From assembly GCF_009914755.1 (NCBI RefSeq), contig NC_060941.1: a stretch of DNA of 64,000 bases. One strand, given 5' to 3'. Of this stretch, positions 1 to 17,875 are shown piece by piece (within the stretch, counting starts at the first letter, position 1; every line of letters begins with the position of its first letter). The position numbers were made by a program, and so were the translations under genes. This DNA is from the human T2T-CHM13v2.0 reference genome, Homo sapiens. The notes below the pieces were generated by a model. That model was not told where the DNA came from. It worked only from the letters and a program-made list of their open reading frames with translations, and searched no databases.

Positions 1-1
1 A

Positions 2-389
<388 letters not shown>

Positions 390-922
390 TTAAAACTTTG
401 GAAAACATAACAAATGTAATCAAAAGACAAATATTATACTTAGAAAAATATCTGTAGTACACATGTAAGCATAGGTTTCATATTACTTAACATAAGCACC
501 TAAACATCGATTTTTAAAAAAGGACAAACCAATAGAAAAATAGTCAAAGGGCATGAATTGGCAATTCACAGAAAAAAAAATTTAAGTCAACATAAAAGAA
601 TATGCACCATCTCCAGGAGTCAGGCAGATACACATCCAAACTGCATGAGATATCATTTTCACTCTGTGGACAGAAAATATTTTACAAATATTTTCCCCCA
701 CACTGTGGTTTATGTCTGAGTCATTAATTTTTTTCTTTTATGAAATTTTTGTCTGTTCTCTAAGAAATATTTGCTTACTCCAAAGGTTATAAAGATATTC
801 TTCTATGTTTTCTCTTAGAAGTTTCATAGTTTAAGGTTTGGAGCTAGGTCTATAATCCATCTCAAAATAATTTTTCTGCACATAATGTAGTAGTAGTTGA
901 GGTTCAATTATTTTCATTTGTT

Positions 923-1230
923 GGCCGGGTGCGGTGGCTCACACCTGGAATCCTAACACTGTAGGAGGCTGAGGCAGGCAGATGACTTGAGCCCAGGAGT
1001 TCAAGACCATCCTGGGCAACATGGTGAAGCTCTGTCTCTACAAAATATAAAATTAGCTGGGTGTGATGATGTGTGCCTGTGGTCCCAGCTACTCAGGAAG
1101 CTGAGGTGGGAAGATTGATCACCTGAACTCATGGAGGTCAAGGCTGCAGTGAGCCATGATTGCGCCACTATACTCCAGCCTGGGTGACAGAGTGAGACCC
1201 TGTCTCAAAATAAATAAATAAACAAACAAA
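923..1230 (+). mobile_element. Alu (J-like)
   Basis: diverged dimer, aggctgcagtgagccatgat. Confidence 0.9.
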
Positions 1231-2144
1231 TTAAATATTCCCATGTGTTTATTCCATTTTTCCAGTACTAGTTGTTGAAAAGTCTTTCCTTTCCCCATTG
1301 TATTGCCTTGGTGACTTTGTTAAACAACTGGTCATATATTCATATAATCTGCATGAAAGTCCTTGTCTGCCAGTCTTTACATCGGGTCATCTTGGGCTCT
1401 GTTTTTACTTGCTATTTTTTCTTGATTATGAGTTGCATTTTTGTGTTTCTGCACATCTAGTTATTTTGTATTATATATTGGAAAGTATGGATAATATAGT
1501 GTAGCCAATCTGAATTAGATTGTCCTCCTTTACAGAGTTGTGAGAGTTGTCTGGCAGGTAGTTTGATGACTGGAAGGCTCTTTGGTCCCATCTGGTTTGC
1601 TTTATTCTTGGCTAGGGCAGGGCTATTTTGGTCTTGAACATAGTCCTAGGAAATAGTTCCTCTAAGACTGGACCTTTCTGGGGTCACACCTGAATGCGAG
1701 GTCTCTTCATCCTGGCTGGGCTGAAGCACCTCTTCTTCCCCAGTACATCAAGACCTCCAGTATCACGTTTGGCCCTCAGCCCTGGAACAGGCAATCTCTG
1801 CTGGGCCTCATGGAGTCTTGCCCTACCCCATACAGCTCAGCTCTTGAACAAAGACCTGTGATGAGTGTTGCTGTGGACTTCTAGAGCTACCCGTTTTTCT
1901 CTGGGATTCTCATTTGTAAACTTCAGCCACTTTGACAGCCCAGCACTCTGGCCTCTTCCATCTTAGCTCAGCGATTGCACCACTCCGCTCGGTCTCTTCC
2001 TCCTCAACTGTGACACAAAAGTGGCTGCAAGTCAGAGGCAGTCACGGGAGCTTCAGCTCATGTGATTCTCTGCTCTCAAAAATCACAGTCCCGTGCTGTC
2101 TGTTGTCCAATACCTGAAAACATTTACCTCTTATATTTGTCCAG

Positions 2145-2438
2145 TTTATTTGTCTGTTTGAGACAGTCTCGCTCTGTCACCCAGGCTGGCGTACAGTGGC
2201 GCGATCTCAATCACTGCAACCTCCGCCTCCCAGATTCAAGTGATTCTCATGCCTCAGCCTCCCGAGTAGCTGGGATTACAGGCATGCACCACCATGTCCA
2301 GCTAATTTTTGTATTTTTTAGTAGAGACAGGGTTTCACCATGGTGACCAGGCTGGTCTTGAACTCCTGAGCTCAAGTGATCCCCCACCTCGGCCTCCCAA
2401 ATTGCTGGGATTACAGGCGTGAGCCACGGTGTCTGGGC
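2145..2438 (-). mobile_element. Alu with TSD tatttgtccagttta
   Basis: dimer; TSD on both flanks. Confidence 0.95.
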
Positions 2439-3232
2439 TATTTGTCCAGTTTAATTTGGCAGAAAGTCAAGCTCATTGACTCACTGTCTTGAGGCTGGAA
2501 GTAGAAGAGCTCAGGCTTCTATGCAGCTTTCAGCACAAGCTGCCTTGGAGTTAAGCTGGGTTAGGACAACCTGTTGCCACTGGATTGACTCCATCAACAG
2601 CTAGCCTTGGGATACGCGCCTTTCAGTCACACTATGGCCACCACCCAGCCTGTCATCCTGCATTAGGGGGACATTCAGACAAGGCAGGACCCCACACATT
2701 AGGGATGTCCCTAGCTCACTTGGACTCCACCTGCACATATTATTCCACGCTCTTTCAAAACCACCGTCTCTCCATCCTCGATCAAGAAAGGATTTGCAGG
2801 TGAATTAGACTGTTGTATTCATACAGATTTCAGGATAATTAACCTTAAGGATAATTTTATTTGTGCAGTGAATGATCATGTGAAGGGGACCATAAACACT
2901 TGATTTAAAAAACACACATATACCGGCAACCGAAATAGACTAAAACATCTAGGCTGATTTGAAATTGGCCCTGAAGACACTGCTTTTATAAGTCTTGTTT
3001 CCTCTAGCTTCACGTGTGTGCCCTGAGGCTGGGGGCACATGCCGTCCCTCCCTGTATACCCAGCATCCCGCACACTACCCTGAAACCTCATGGGTGCATG
3101 AGTATTTGTTGAATTGGACCAAATGGATTCACTTGTCTCTTCTGTTATATTTGAGTCCTCTTCAAGGCTAGCTACAAATTTACGTGAACTTTACTGCGTT
3201 TCATTCTCTAGTAAAGGCACAAGTCTTGGGAA

Positions 3233-3352
3233 GACACACACACATACACACACACATACTACACACACAAACCCACATACATACACATACACACACAGAT
3301 ACACACCTACACACGTACACACAGATACACATACACACACATACACACACAC
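3233..3352. repeat. Imperfect (CA)n microsatellite
   Basis: direct reading. Confidence 0.9.
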
Positions 3353-3752
3353 GGTTGTTCTTCACCCCATTCTGAGAGCACTTCCTCACTCAATCTTGGA
3401 GTCATGTGTTCATTGGCAAAGTTGACAGAGATAACTTCTTAGACATTTGCAATATTTTGACAGGACAATTATGCAATGTCCTCATCTTCATGAACCTGAA
3501 CCAACTTTCAAGCATCCAAGACTTACTTAGTCAGCATTCCCACCAAAGTAGCCAATAGCAGGAGCCTAAAACAATGAACTCTTTATGACCAAAATGCTGT
3601 GTCAGATGCAACTTCAGTAACTAAATTAACTAATGAGGGTCTCCTGGGGGGAAATGGGATAACCCTGCATTCTTGTTTTACCCCTCCCTGTCTTTCAACA
3701 GCTCTTTAGAGGTTTATCTGTGTTTAAGACTCTTTATCAGATTGTCATTTGA

Positions 3753-4251
<499 letters not shown>

Positions 4252-4897
4252 TGAAGAGTGTGACTTTGTCACACAACCTGCAGTCCGTAGACTGGCGTGA
4301 GGGGCCTGTTGATCACTAACCTTGTGGGCAAAATGTTGTGTGCACGTGCATCCATGTGATCTGATGAAATCCACACAGCATGGGATGCTCCAGCCACACC
4401 AGCCTCTGCCAGGTGAATGTTCCTGTAAATTTACATCAGGGGCCTGATGTGTCAATATCAACCCCATGGAAGTCTCTGTGTTGTGAACCGTTCAAGGGTC
4501 TCAGAAGGTAGTGTCGCCTCTAAGCTGCATCCTCTGGGCAGGCTTGACCTTGGCAGAAATCTCAACCACCTCAGAAAAGCCTGCCTTCTCCTTGGCTAAG
4601 TACCTTCCATGCAGGAGAGGCAAATGGTGGGCGGGGTTGAGGGGTGGTCAGCAACAGCCCTTGAACACTCATGTCATCGGTGCTGGAGCTCCCCCATCAT
4701 GAGCCACCTCTAAGGGTCATGTGCTGTATTTCCCTGGAAGTTTCCAACCCAGCCCTTCCCGGCCCTTCCCTACCACTCCCCACTCTGCCATCCACTCATG
4801 GCCCCATGTTATTCCCCCACTCCCCATGCTTCCCTTTTAGGTGCACCTGCTCTCCTTAAACACCTAACACCAGGAGGGCTCTAAAAGCAGGCAGGCT

Positions 4898-5712
<815 letters not shown>

Positions 5713-5892
5713 CTAGCCCAGCATACCCTGTTCCAGCGAGTGCCACGCACAGGCCATTCCCCAGCACCTGGTGCTATTGCCACTTCCTGTCACCACTAAC
5801 CAGACAGATTTTACACACATATTTGAGCCTCTTGCATTCTGGTGCAGATTTTCCTTCTGACTGGCATTTGCCAATAGGATGATTATTTTAAT

Positions 5893-6498
<606 letters not shown>

Positions 6499-7606
6499 TA
6501 GAAGAAGAAGGAGAGAGACCACGTTCTCCATAATGGGCCTGACTCTGACGCATGTTAGCTGGAGTCCTTGCTTTCTAAATGTATCTGGATCTCCCCCTTC
6601 CTGGTCCGAATGTTTTCTGTGTTGCATTTTTTGAGCCCTCACTGTGATAACACGAATGCTGTGATCTGATCTCAAGTGGAGAAAAGGGGTCCTCCTTTCC
6701 ATCACCAACGTGTGAGCTCAGGTAGGGGAAGCCAAAGCTCTGCCCCAGGCACCCTGAGAATCAGGAAGGCACCAGGTGGATGTGTGCAGGAGGGACTCGG
6801 AAGGCCACAAGGGGAGACAGACTTGAAGTTTCCTAACTTGAGGGCCAACACTCACCAGTTCCTTCACCAAGGACGTCTCCAACCAGAAGGACCAAAACCA
6901 TGGAGGTGACAGACAGGTGAATATCAAAATTTAAAATTGAGCCCAGGGTCAGTCCTGGCCCTGGCATCCGGTATCTTCCCACATTGGCCACTTTTCTCCA
7001 GCTCCCAGGGGGCTGCTTTCACAGGAAGCAGAGTTCCAGTGAGGACACCTTTGCACAGGTCTGACCCTGAGAGCCTCTTACTGTCCAGCCACTTGAGTGA
7101 GGCCTTATTCAAACGGTAAAGGGTGAAGCTGCTGCCCTCCAGGGTGTGATGGGCAAGGTCTGTGTAGAGATAGTGAGGGCCAAAGCCGGCAACATAGTCA
7201 CCCAGGGGTGAGGGCCGAGGCTAGCCCTGCCCAAAGGCTGGAGCCCAGGAGACCAGCCAGGGAGAGAACATGGTCCTGCAGGAGGGTGGGAGGTCACCCC
7301 ACTTGTTCAGCACAGCTCATGGAGGGCAGGCGAGGAGGCTCGGCCCCCGCCACACTGCCCCTCCGGAGCACTTTACTTCTCCGTATTCAAGACTCTGCGT
7401 CATGCCATTGGAATAACACAAAAAACATGCTTTTGTATTTGCTCACCAACAGTAGTCTGTTCATTCGAGTAACGTCCTTCTGGCAGGCACCTGTTGTTGA
7501 TTTTGGAAAGTTTAGGAAAACATGAGATTCAGGAGCCTCATATGCAGTCACCGGATCCGGGTGCCCTGGAATGGCCCCAGCCCCCAAGTGCAGCTGCTCA
7601 CGGGCC

Positions 7607-7729
7607 ACAGGCTGCCACGTTCCTCCTGACGGGGATCGTGGAGATGGCGCAGCAGGAGAGGAAGACTAACAGGCTGCCACGTTCCTCCTGACGGGGATCA
7701 TGGAGACGGCGCAGCAGGAGAGGAAGACT
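7607..7729. repeat. 2 x 62-bp tandem duplication
   Basis: acaggctgccacgttcctcctgacggggatc...gaggaagact starts at 7607 and 7669. Confidence 0.95.
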
Positions 7730-7781
7730 CAAGAGGATTCAAGCCTGACAGTACTTTTGGCTTCTGGGTCTAGGAGACTCA

Positions 7782-8281
<500 letters not shown>

Positions 8282-8674
8282 TCAGACTAATTAGATATCT
8301 TAACACAGGCACTTGGAGATATATAAAAAGAAACAACTAGAATCAGAAATTCAAATCCTAAGAACAGGAATGGCAAAAGTGAAATGTGGGAGAAGGCTTT
8401 AAAATGGGTGATCGGGGAAAGGTATATGAGGCGTCTCTGTACCATTCTTGCAACCTTTATGCCAGTTTGAAAATACCATGAAATAACAGATTTTAGAAAT
8501 GCTGAGGATTTTCTTGTGAACGGCATGGGGGGCTGAGAGGAACATCGCCCTGGCTGCCGGCGAGACAGCATCCCAGCCCAGGAGCTGTTGACAGAGGGCA
8601 GCTTGGGTGGGACCACGACAGATACCTGCAGGAGGCCTGACCGGCGGCGGGGATGGGGACTGAGCCTTGGCGGT

Positions 8675-9046
8675 TGTATTAGTCGGTTTTCACACTGCTA
8701 GTAAAGACATACCCAAGACTGGGTAATTTATAAAGAAAAAGATGTTTAATGGACTCACAGTTCCGCATGGCTAGGGCCGGGAGGAGGGAGGCTCACAATC
8801 ATGGCAGAAGGCAAAAGGCACATCTTACCTGGCAGCAGGCAAGAAAGAATGAGAATCAAGCTAACAGGGTTTCCCCTTATAAAACCATCAGATCTCGTGA
8901 GACTTATTCACTACCACGAGAACAGTATGGGGGAAACTGCCCCCACGATTCAATTATCTCCCACTGGGTCCTCCCACAACATGAGGGAATTATGGGAGCT
9001 ATAATTCAAGATGAGATTTGGGTGGGGACACAGCTAAACCATATCA
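8675..9046 (-). mobile_element. THE1-family (ERVL-MaLR) solo LTR
   Basis: tgtattagtc...aaaccatatca ends; 5-bp TSD gcggt/gtggt. Confidence 0.9.
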
Positions 9047-9223
9047 GTGGTGATGTTACTGAGGGCGGCCAGACAGGCCAATGACCAGAGCACAGGACAC
9101 AGCTACAGGGTTTGGCCATTCTGAGGAGGAGCAGCACAAACAAGAGAAACAGCCCAGACCCTGTCCACTGCACACTTTGGCCAGTGAGCGCGCCTCGATT
9201 TCCAGACTATGAAAACATCTGTC

Positions 9224-9544
<321 letters not shown>

Positions 9545-9578
9545 CATCTGTCTCTGAGAAGCATCATAGTTTACTTAA

Positions 9579-9940
<362 letters not shown>

Positions 9941-10959
9941 CATAAGCACGATTTCTTATATGAAATACCAGAGAAATGAGGGGTGCCAAGCACAGAGTGG
10001 TGGCCACATGGCCATTCGCCCGATGGATACTTAAGGATCACAGTGGTGATGAAAATGAGAGCGTGAAGGGTGAGTTCAGGATCTGTGTGTAACAGAAGAA
10101 ACACAACACCACACTGCCTTCAGTGTGGTGAGATTGTGAACAAAGGTGGTGCAGGGATGCCAGGACCCGCCAGCCGTGTAAGGAGAGGTGCTGCAGCTGC
10201 CTAAACCCCAGTCGGGAGGGGAGTTTAGTGAGCCGTCTGGTGGAGAGAAGTGGGTCCAGAGTTAGAAGACAGCAGTGACGCTGCCCAAAGCAGGCTCCTT
10301 CTTTCTCTCTTTCCTCTTCCAGCTTCAGATCACCTCCACCCTTTAAGAGTTAGAACCGCTTTAAGAGTTAGAACAACCATCCTGACAGCCTGTGAACACA
10401 CCTGAACCACATTCTCTTCGGTGCAGGAAACAGGTTCTGATAAATGATTCACATGATTCTGCCTGGCATGAAGCAGCCTGCGGTTTATTCCCATGCATCG
10501 TTTATTCAGCAGACACACCCCGAGGGCCCACAACATGCCGAGCATTGTTTAGGAGCTGGGAACACAGAGACGAACTGAAGAGACAAAATCCCGTTTCCCA
10601 CAGAGCTGACCATCTAGTTAGTGTCACGGTTGAAGGGACCATATCACCCTGTCCTTCATGAATGCAGATGCAAAATATCCTTAACAAAATATTAACAAAT
10701 CGAATCCAAAAATACACTTAAAAAATCATGACCAAGTGGGCTCTATCTCAGGAATGCAAAGTTGATTTACCACGAAAAAAAAAAGCCACTTGATTCGCCA
10801 TGCTAATGCACTAAACAGAAAAATCATGAATATTTGCATCTGTGCAGAAAAGCCATGTGACAACACTCAGTCCTGATTAAAACTCTCAGAAAACTAGGAC
10901 AATAGCAGGTGGAGCATCTCCAACCTGATAAAGTACATCCCTGAAAAACCTACAGCTGG

Positions 10960-11256
<297 letters not shown>

Positions 11257-11616
11257 CTACAGGTGGCATCAAACTTAAAGATGAAGAACTGAATGCTTTC
11301 CCCTAAGATCAAGAGCAAGACAAAGAACTCATCCTCACCATCTCTATTCAGTATTGCACTAGAAGTCCTAGTCAGTAGAATAAGGAAAGAAAAATAAATA
11401 AAGGCATACATAAGAAAGTAAAAGGAAAGGAAGAAATAAAACTGGCTTTACTTGCAGACAATATGATCGTCTATGTAGAAAATCGCAAGAAATATGCAAA
11501 AAAGCGATTAGAACTAATAAATGAATTTAACAAGGTTGCAAGATATAAAATCAATTAAAAATCAATCAAAAAATCAATCATATATGTATATACTAGTAAC
11601 AAACAAATAGCTATTA

Positions 11617-11946
<330 letters not shown>

Positions 11947-12702
11947 TTATAATTTATAATAGCATCGAAATGGATGAGAAACTTAGGGACAAATTTAACA
12001 AAATATGTGCAAGACCTATAAGGTAAAAACTGTAAAACATTACTGAGGGAAATTAAAGAAGACCTAAATAAACGAAGAAATAAGCCCTGTTTATGTATGC
12101 ATCAGAAGCTGCAATATTGTTAGATGTCAGTTCTCCCATGATTGATCTAGAGATTTAATGTATTCCCAATCAAAATTCCATCAAGCATTTTATGGAAATT
12201 GATAAGTTGACTTTAAATTTATATGAAAATGAAAAAGACTTAAAATGGGCAAAATGATTTTGAAAAATTGGAGGACTTTTTACTATCTCTGACTGCCAAA
12301 CTTGCTATAAAGCTACAACAATCAAGGCAATATGGTATTGGCATAAGTATAGACAGAGATGGATGAAACAGAGCAGAGGGTCCATACAGCCAGTATGGAG
12401 AAAGGCATGGAGGTTCCTCAAAAAACTAAAAATACAGCTACCATATGATCCAGCAATCCCACTGCTGAGTCTGTACCCCAAAGAAAGGAAATCAGTAGAT
12501 CAAAGAGATACCTGCCCTTACATGTTGGTTGCAGCTCTGTCCACAATAGCCAAAATTTGGAAGCAATCTAAGTGTCCATCAACAGATGAATGGATAAAGA
12601 AAATTTGCAGATTTTCTGGGTCTTTCTTCTAGATATGGTGAGAACTTTGCTCCTTCTAGCTTTCTGTATCCTAAGTGGAAGCCAGAACACATATTCTATT
12701 TA

Positions 12703-13176
<474 letters not shown>

Positions 13177-14429
13177 TTACCCTTGAACAAGGCAGCGTGC
13201 AGAGTTCAGAAACCAGTAGCACAAGCATGGGGCGGGGGCGCTGCTCTAAGACATCATCAGCATGAATGGGCGAATACCTGACAGGTGTGAGTGGATTCGG
13301 TTCGGTGTGAGTTAATAGCATTGCGTCACACAAGCACCTGAACAAAGCTGATGACATCGGGGGGCTCTCGGGTGAAGGAAGCTGGGGTCCCGGTTTTAGG
13401 GGAATTCCTCCTCCAGGAGCCCTCCTGGCGTCTCTCTTTGCCACCCAGCCCCAGCTTAGGATGGAGGGCCCTAGGCTGGGTTCCTAAGGCCCCGGGTGAT
13501 TCCCTGAGGCGGCCATCATCCACATACATGCACGCTTGTCTGCCTGTGGACGGTGTAAAGCCCCTCGAACCCTCCCACGGGCCGTCCTTATCTCTGTACC
13601 CACGGGGCTGGTGTGCACTAGAGCAGTGTTCCACCAATAAATGAGAAGGCGCTTTGAAGAATGAGCAGGCGCTCACCTGGCTGGGAGAGGGGTGGGCGAG
13701 ACCCATGGCTGGGAATGAGCAGGGCTAAGGCAGCAGCATTCCAGGTCCCCTCAGTCCCATGGCTGGAGCAGGGCTGTCGGGGGAGGCTGCAGGAGATGGA
13801 ATGGGGAGGCCAAAAGGGACTCCAGCCTGGGAGGTGCAGTCTCCCCCTCTAAGGAGTTTGGGGCTACCCCATTGTCAGGAAGGTGTTTTGAGGGGTTTCC
13901 AGGAGGTGGCTGGTGGGACACAATCACATTATCTGAGCCCTGAAAAGACCAGGCAACACCATGGGAAACTGGCTGGAGGGAAACCAGTGTGGAGCCTACT
14001 GTGGTCCCGGGGCGGGAGACCAGATCCTCTCTGGGTGTTCGTGGCTGTCCGTGGTGTCCAAGGCACCAGGGACAAGGCTACGCAAGGGGCACCTCTAGCT
14101 CATGGCGGATAGTTCCGACGCTGCAGCCGTCAGACGTGTTAAATCACACAGGGCATGAACCGGGAAACATGAAATCCACCCTCAGCTTCAATTGCTCCAA
14201 TAATTATTTGTTAGCTCAGAAGTTCAAGACATTTGGAACAGGTCCAACAATGATGTCAACTTAGTTCCCATCTCTGAATCTGTGGTGGAGAAACCTGGAC
14301 ACTGGAAACAGGGTGGGTTTGGGGATCCGGCTGACCTGGGGCCCAATTCTGACTTCCCTGTTTCTGCGAGCCCCTGGATACGTACGTTTCTAAATGTCTC
14401 TGAACCTCGGTTTTCCTGTCTTTATCATT

Positions 14430-14590
14430 CGTGCATTCATTCATGACATTGTCATTTATTCAACAAATACGTACTGAGCACCTACTATCTATCAGGCACC
14501 GTTCCAAGTACAGGGAATATAGGTGTGAAAAAAAGCTCCTGCCCTCACTGATTTTACATCCTGGGACAGGGAGACAGAGGAATAAGTCAT
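14430..14590 (-). mobile_element. L2 3' end
   Basis: cattcattc...ttattcaacaaatacgtactgagcacctact. Confidence 0.65.
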
Positions 14591-15757
14591 GAGGTGCCAC
14601 TGGGCAGGGAAGGGGCTGGGGAGAGCTGCGGGCGGCTGTGATCGTGGTAGCAATGAGCCCTAGCAGCACTGCTTTCATCTCGGGGCTGCTATGAGGACTG
14701 AGTTAGAGAATGGGTGTTAGAAGAGGGCTGGCACCTGCCGGGGCCCAGCATCTCATCCTGCACCAGCCTGGTGGGAAGGCTTGATTCCCTTCAAGTATCA
14801 ACAGCCATGGAAGCTAAATCTCGACCAGACCTCGCAAGGAGATTTAAAAGGAGAAAAGAAAAAAGGCATCATTCTGAATAATTATTCCTCAAAGCCGTCC
14901 CTGTGGCGTGCTGATAACCTATCGGGTCACATGTGGCAGTTTACTTTAAAGGCAAAGGGGTTTCCAAATGAACCTGCCCGGGCGGGGAAGCTCTTGTGGT
15001 TCCTGGCGGCATCCTGTCCCTCAGTAGAGAATCTTATCACGACTTCCTCAGGCTGTTGACATTCTGATTAGTGTGCAGTCCACAGACATCAAAAAGGACA
15101 AGGATGGATTCTGAAACCAGGAAGTTTTACTGACTGTCTTGCTCACAGACATTTTAGCCTGTATGTTGTCATCTGCAGTCAGTGACTGTAACCTCTGTAT
15201 TGTACCGTCCAGTGAAAAGGACAGCTCCAATGTGAGGAGTCCCCCTCTACACTCTCCTCTAAAAGGCTTCCAGCTTGGAGCAGGCCCCAGGACACGCCCA
15301 CCTTTGTTGGCATGTCTGCCGGGGTTCATCCTCACTTCCGGTTTCCAGTAAACCAGATCACAGTATTTCTGCCTCAGCTACTCTCTGCCTATGGGGTAAC
15401 CCTGCTCTGCCAGAGCAGTCAAAAAAGAAAAAACATTGGGAAAAAAAAAAGGAAGAATATTATTTCTGCCTCAACAGTCTTGATTTCGGTCAGCAGGAGG
15501 CTGCGGTGGGATAGCTGGGAGCACATTTGGGGTGGTGTCAAGTGTCACCATGGAGGGGAGGTTGAGCTTGATCCTCTAGATGTGACACTGGCCGCTGGTC
15601 TGGGAGTGAGGGTGGAGAGACAGGCTGGTGCCTTGATTAGCGCCAGCAGCTCGCTGCTGCACTCAGGCCGGAGCTGCCAGAGACAGCCCTCAAGGACTCA
15701 TTGTTGGTTGAGCAACGCAGAGAGTATGTGTGGCCCCAGGGCAGCCGGGCCCCAGGG

Positions 15758-16235
15758 CCAGGTTACTTAGGGGTGTATGTCTGCTGCCTGAACCCTGAAG
15801 GCCAGGTGGTTAGCCCAGGCCATGTTGCCCAGCTGTATTCATTCCTTTTCACTCTGCTGGTAAAAACATACCTGAGGCTGGGCATTTACAAAAGAAAGAG
15901 GTTTAATTGGACTCACAGTTCCACGTGGCTGGAGAGGCCTCACCTTCATGGCAGAAGGCAAGGAGGAGCAAGTCACACCTTACGTGGATGGCGGCAGGCA
16001 AAGAGAGAGCTTGCGCAGGGAAACTCCCATTTTTTAAAACCATCAGATCTGGTGAGACCCATTCATTATCATGAGAATAGCACGGGGAAGACCCGTCCCC
16101 ACACTTCAGTCATTTCCCACCGGGTCCCTTCCACAACACGTGGGAATTATGGGAGCTACAAGATGCGTTTGGGTGTGGACACAGAGCACAGCCAAGAGCA
16201 GGTGTCCCTGAGAACCCAAACATCCTGGGGAGGCC
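15758..16235 (+). mobile_element. Partial ERVL-type LTR (LTR32-like), split by THE1
   Basis: ggttactta...ctgctgcctgaaccctgaaggcca...gtgtccctgagaaccc, homologous to 16787-17140. Confidence 0.6.
15834..16187 (-). mobile_element. THE1-family LTR (THE1A-like) inserted in an ERVL-type LTR
   Basis: ggactcacagttccacgtggctgg...aaaaccatcagatct...gggaattatgggagctacaag; flanks ccagc/acagc. Confidence 0.85.
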
Positions 16236-16437
16236 CCGAGCACTGGGGCTCCCTGCCCCACCCAGGGCAGGACGTGAGCAGGACCTTTTGACATGGAGGC
16301 AGAGAAACACTTCCCAAGAACCTCAGAGGGTGGGCTTGGGAGGGGTGGCCAAAGCTCCTCCCCCCAGGCCACCGCTTCATGCGTGGAGTTTGTATCCTGC
16401 AGCTTTGCCAAATCCACTTATTACCTCCCCGTTTTTT

Positions 16438-16515
16438 TGTGTGTGTGTAGAATCTTTAGGGTTTTACATATATATATGTGTGTGTGGGGGGTGTGTGTGT
16501 GGGGGTGTGTGTGTG

Positions 16516-16562
<47 letters not shown>
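16438..16562. repeat. Compound (TA)n/(TG)n microsatellite
   Basis: direct reading. Confidence 0.9.
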
Positions 16563-16786
16563 AAAATCATGGCATGGCAAACAGAGATCATTTTACTTTT
16601 TCCTTTCCAACTTGGAGACCTTCTTTTTCTTGCCTAATTGCCCTGGCTAGAACATCCAGGACCATGTTGAGGAGAAGTGGCAAAAGCAGGCATCCTTGTC
16701 TTGATCCTGATCTTAGAGGAAAAGCTTCCAATCTCTCTCCGTTGAGTATGAGGTTGGCTGTGGTGTTTTCATAGATGGCCTTGTAC

Positions 16787-17140
16787 TGTGACAGGTCCTC
16801 CACCAGGTTACTTAAGGGCATATGTCTGCTGCCTGAACCCTGAAGGCCACATGGTGAGTCCACGCCACGGTGCCCAGCCAAGGAGTAGGTGTCCCTGAGA
16901 ACCCACACAGCCCAGAGAGGATCTGAGAACCCGCCAAGGAAAAGTCCCATGGCACACACACACAGTAGGCAAAGAGCCAGAAAATCAGCGTAAAAGCAGC
17001 CTAGAGATGGGGGCGGCGTGGATCTCTCGAGCTGTCCTGCTGCTGTCCGGCAGTGCCCTGTGTGCGGGTCCCCATCAACTCTGCTACTCACCAGGCTGGA
17101 CTTGCCCCAGTCCTTCTTTGGGGCCTGGGAAGGAGGGGAC
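16787..17140 (+). mobile_element. ERVL-type LTR (LTR32-like) inserted in an L1 ORF2 fragment
   Basis: starts tgtgacaggtcctccaccaggttacttaaggg; L1 sequence on both sides. Confidence 0.65.
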
Positions 17141-17336
17141 GATACTGTCTCAAGTGTGTCCCGCAGTAGGCCTTGCTTGTGTTGAAAGGGTTCCTTCTGC
17201 GCCTGCCCCGTTGGGTGTATTTCCTGGTGGAGTTTCATTTCGTCCAATGCTTTTCCTGCATCGATGGAGATGATCACCCCGTTTTCTCCTTCATTCTGTT
17301 AACGGTGTAGATCACACTGGTAGATGTTTGTGGGTT

Positions 17337-17875
<539 letters not shown>

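Larger units (their letters stand above)
16380..17336 (-). mobile_element. L1 ORF2 (reverse transcriptase region) fragment, interrupted by (TG)n and an LTR
   Basis: peptides [12 protein letters not shown] and [54 protein letters not shown] in ORF 16588..17277. Confidence 0.88.

Noticed and set aside
10341-10374. ctttaagagttagaac repeated with 18-bp period
   Set aside because: Ordinary microduplication with no further structure
16588-17277. Longest ORF (229 aa) with reverse-transcriptase-like ends
   Set aside because: Chimera of two L1 ORF2 pieces with an inserted LTR read through by chance; not a gene
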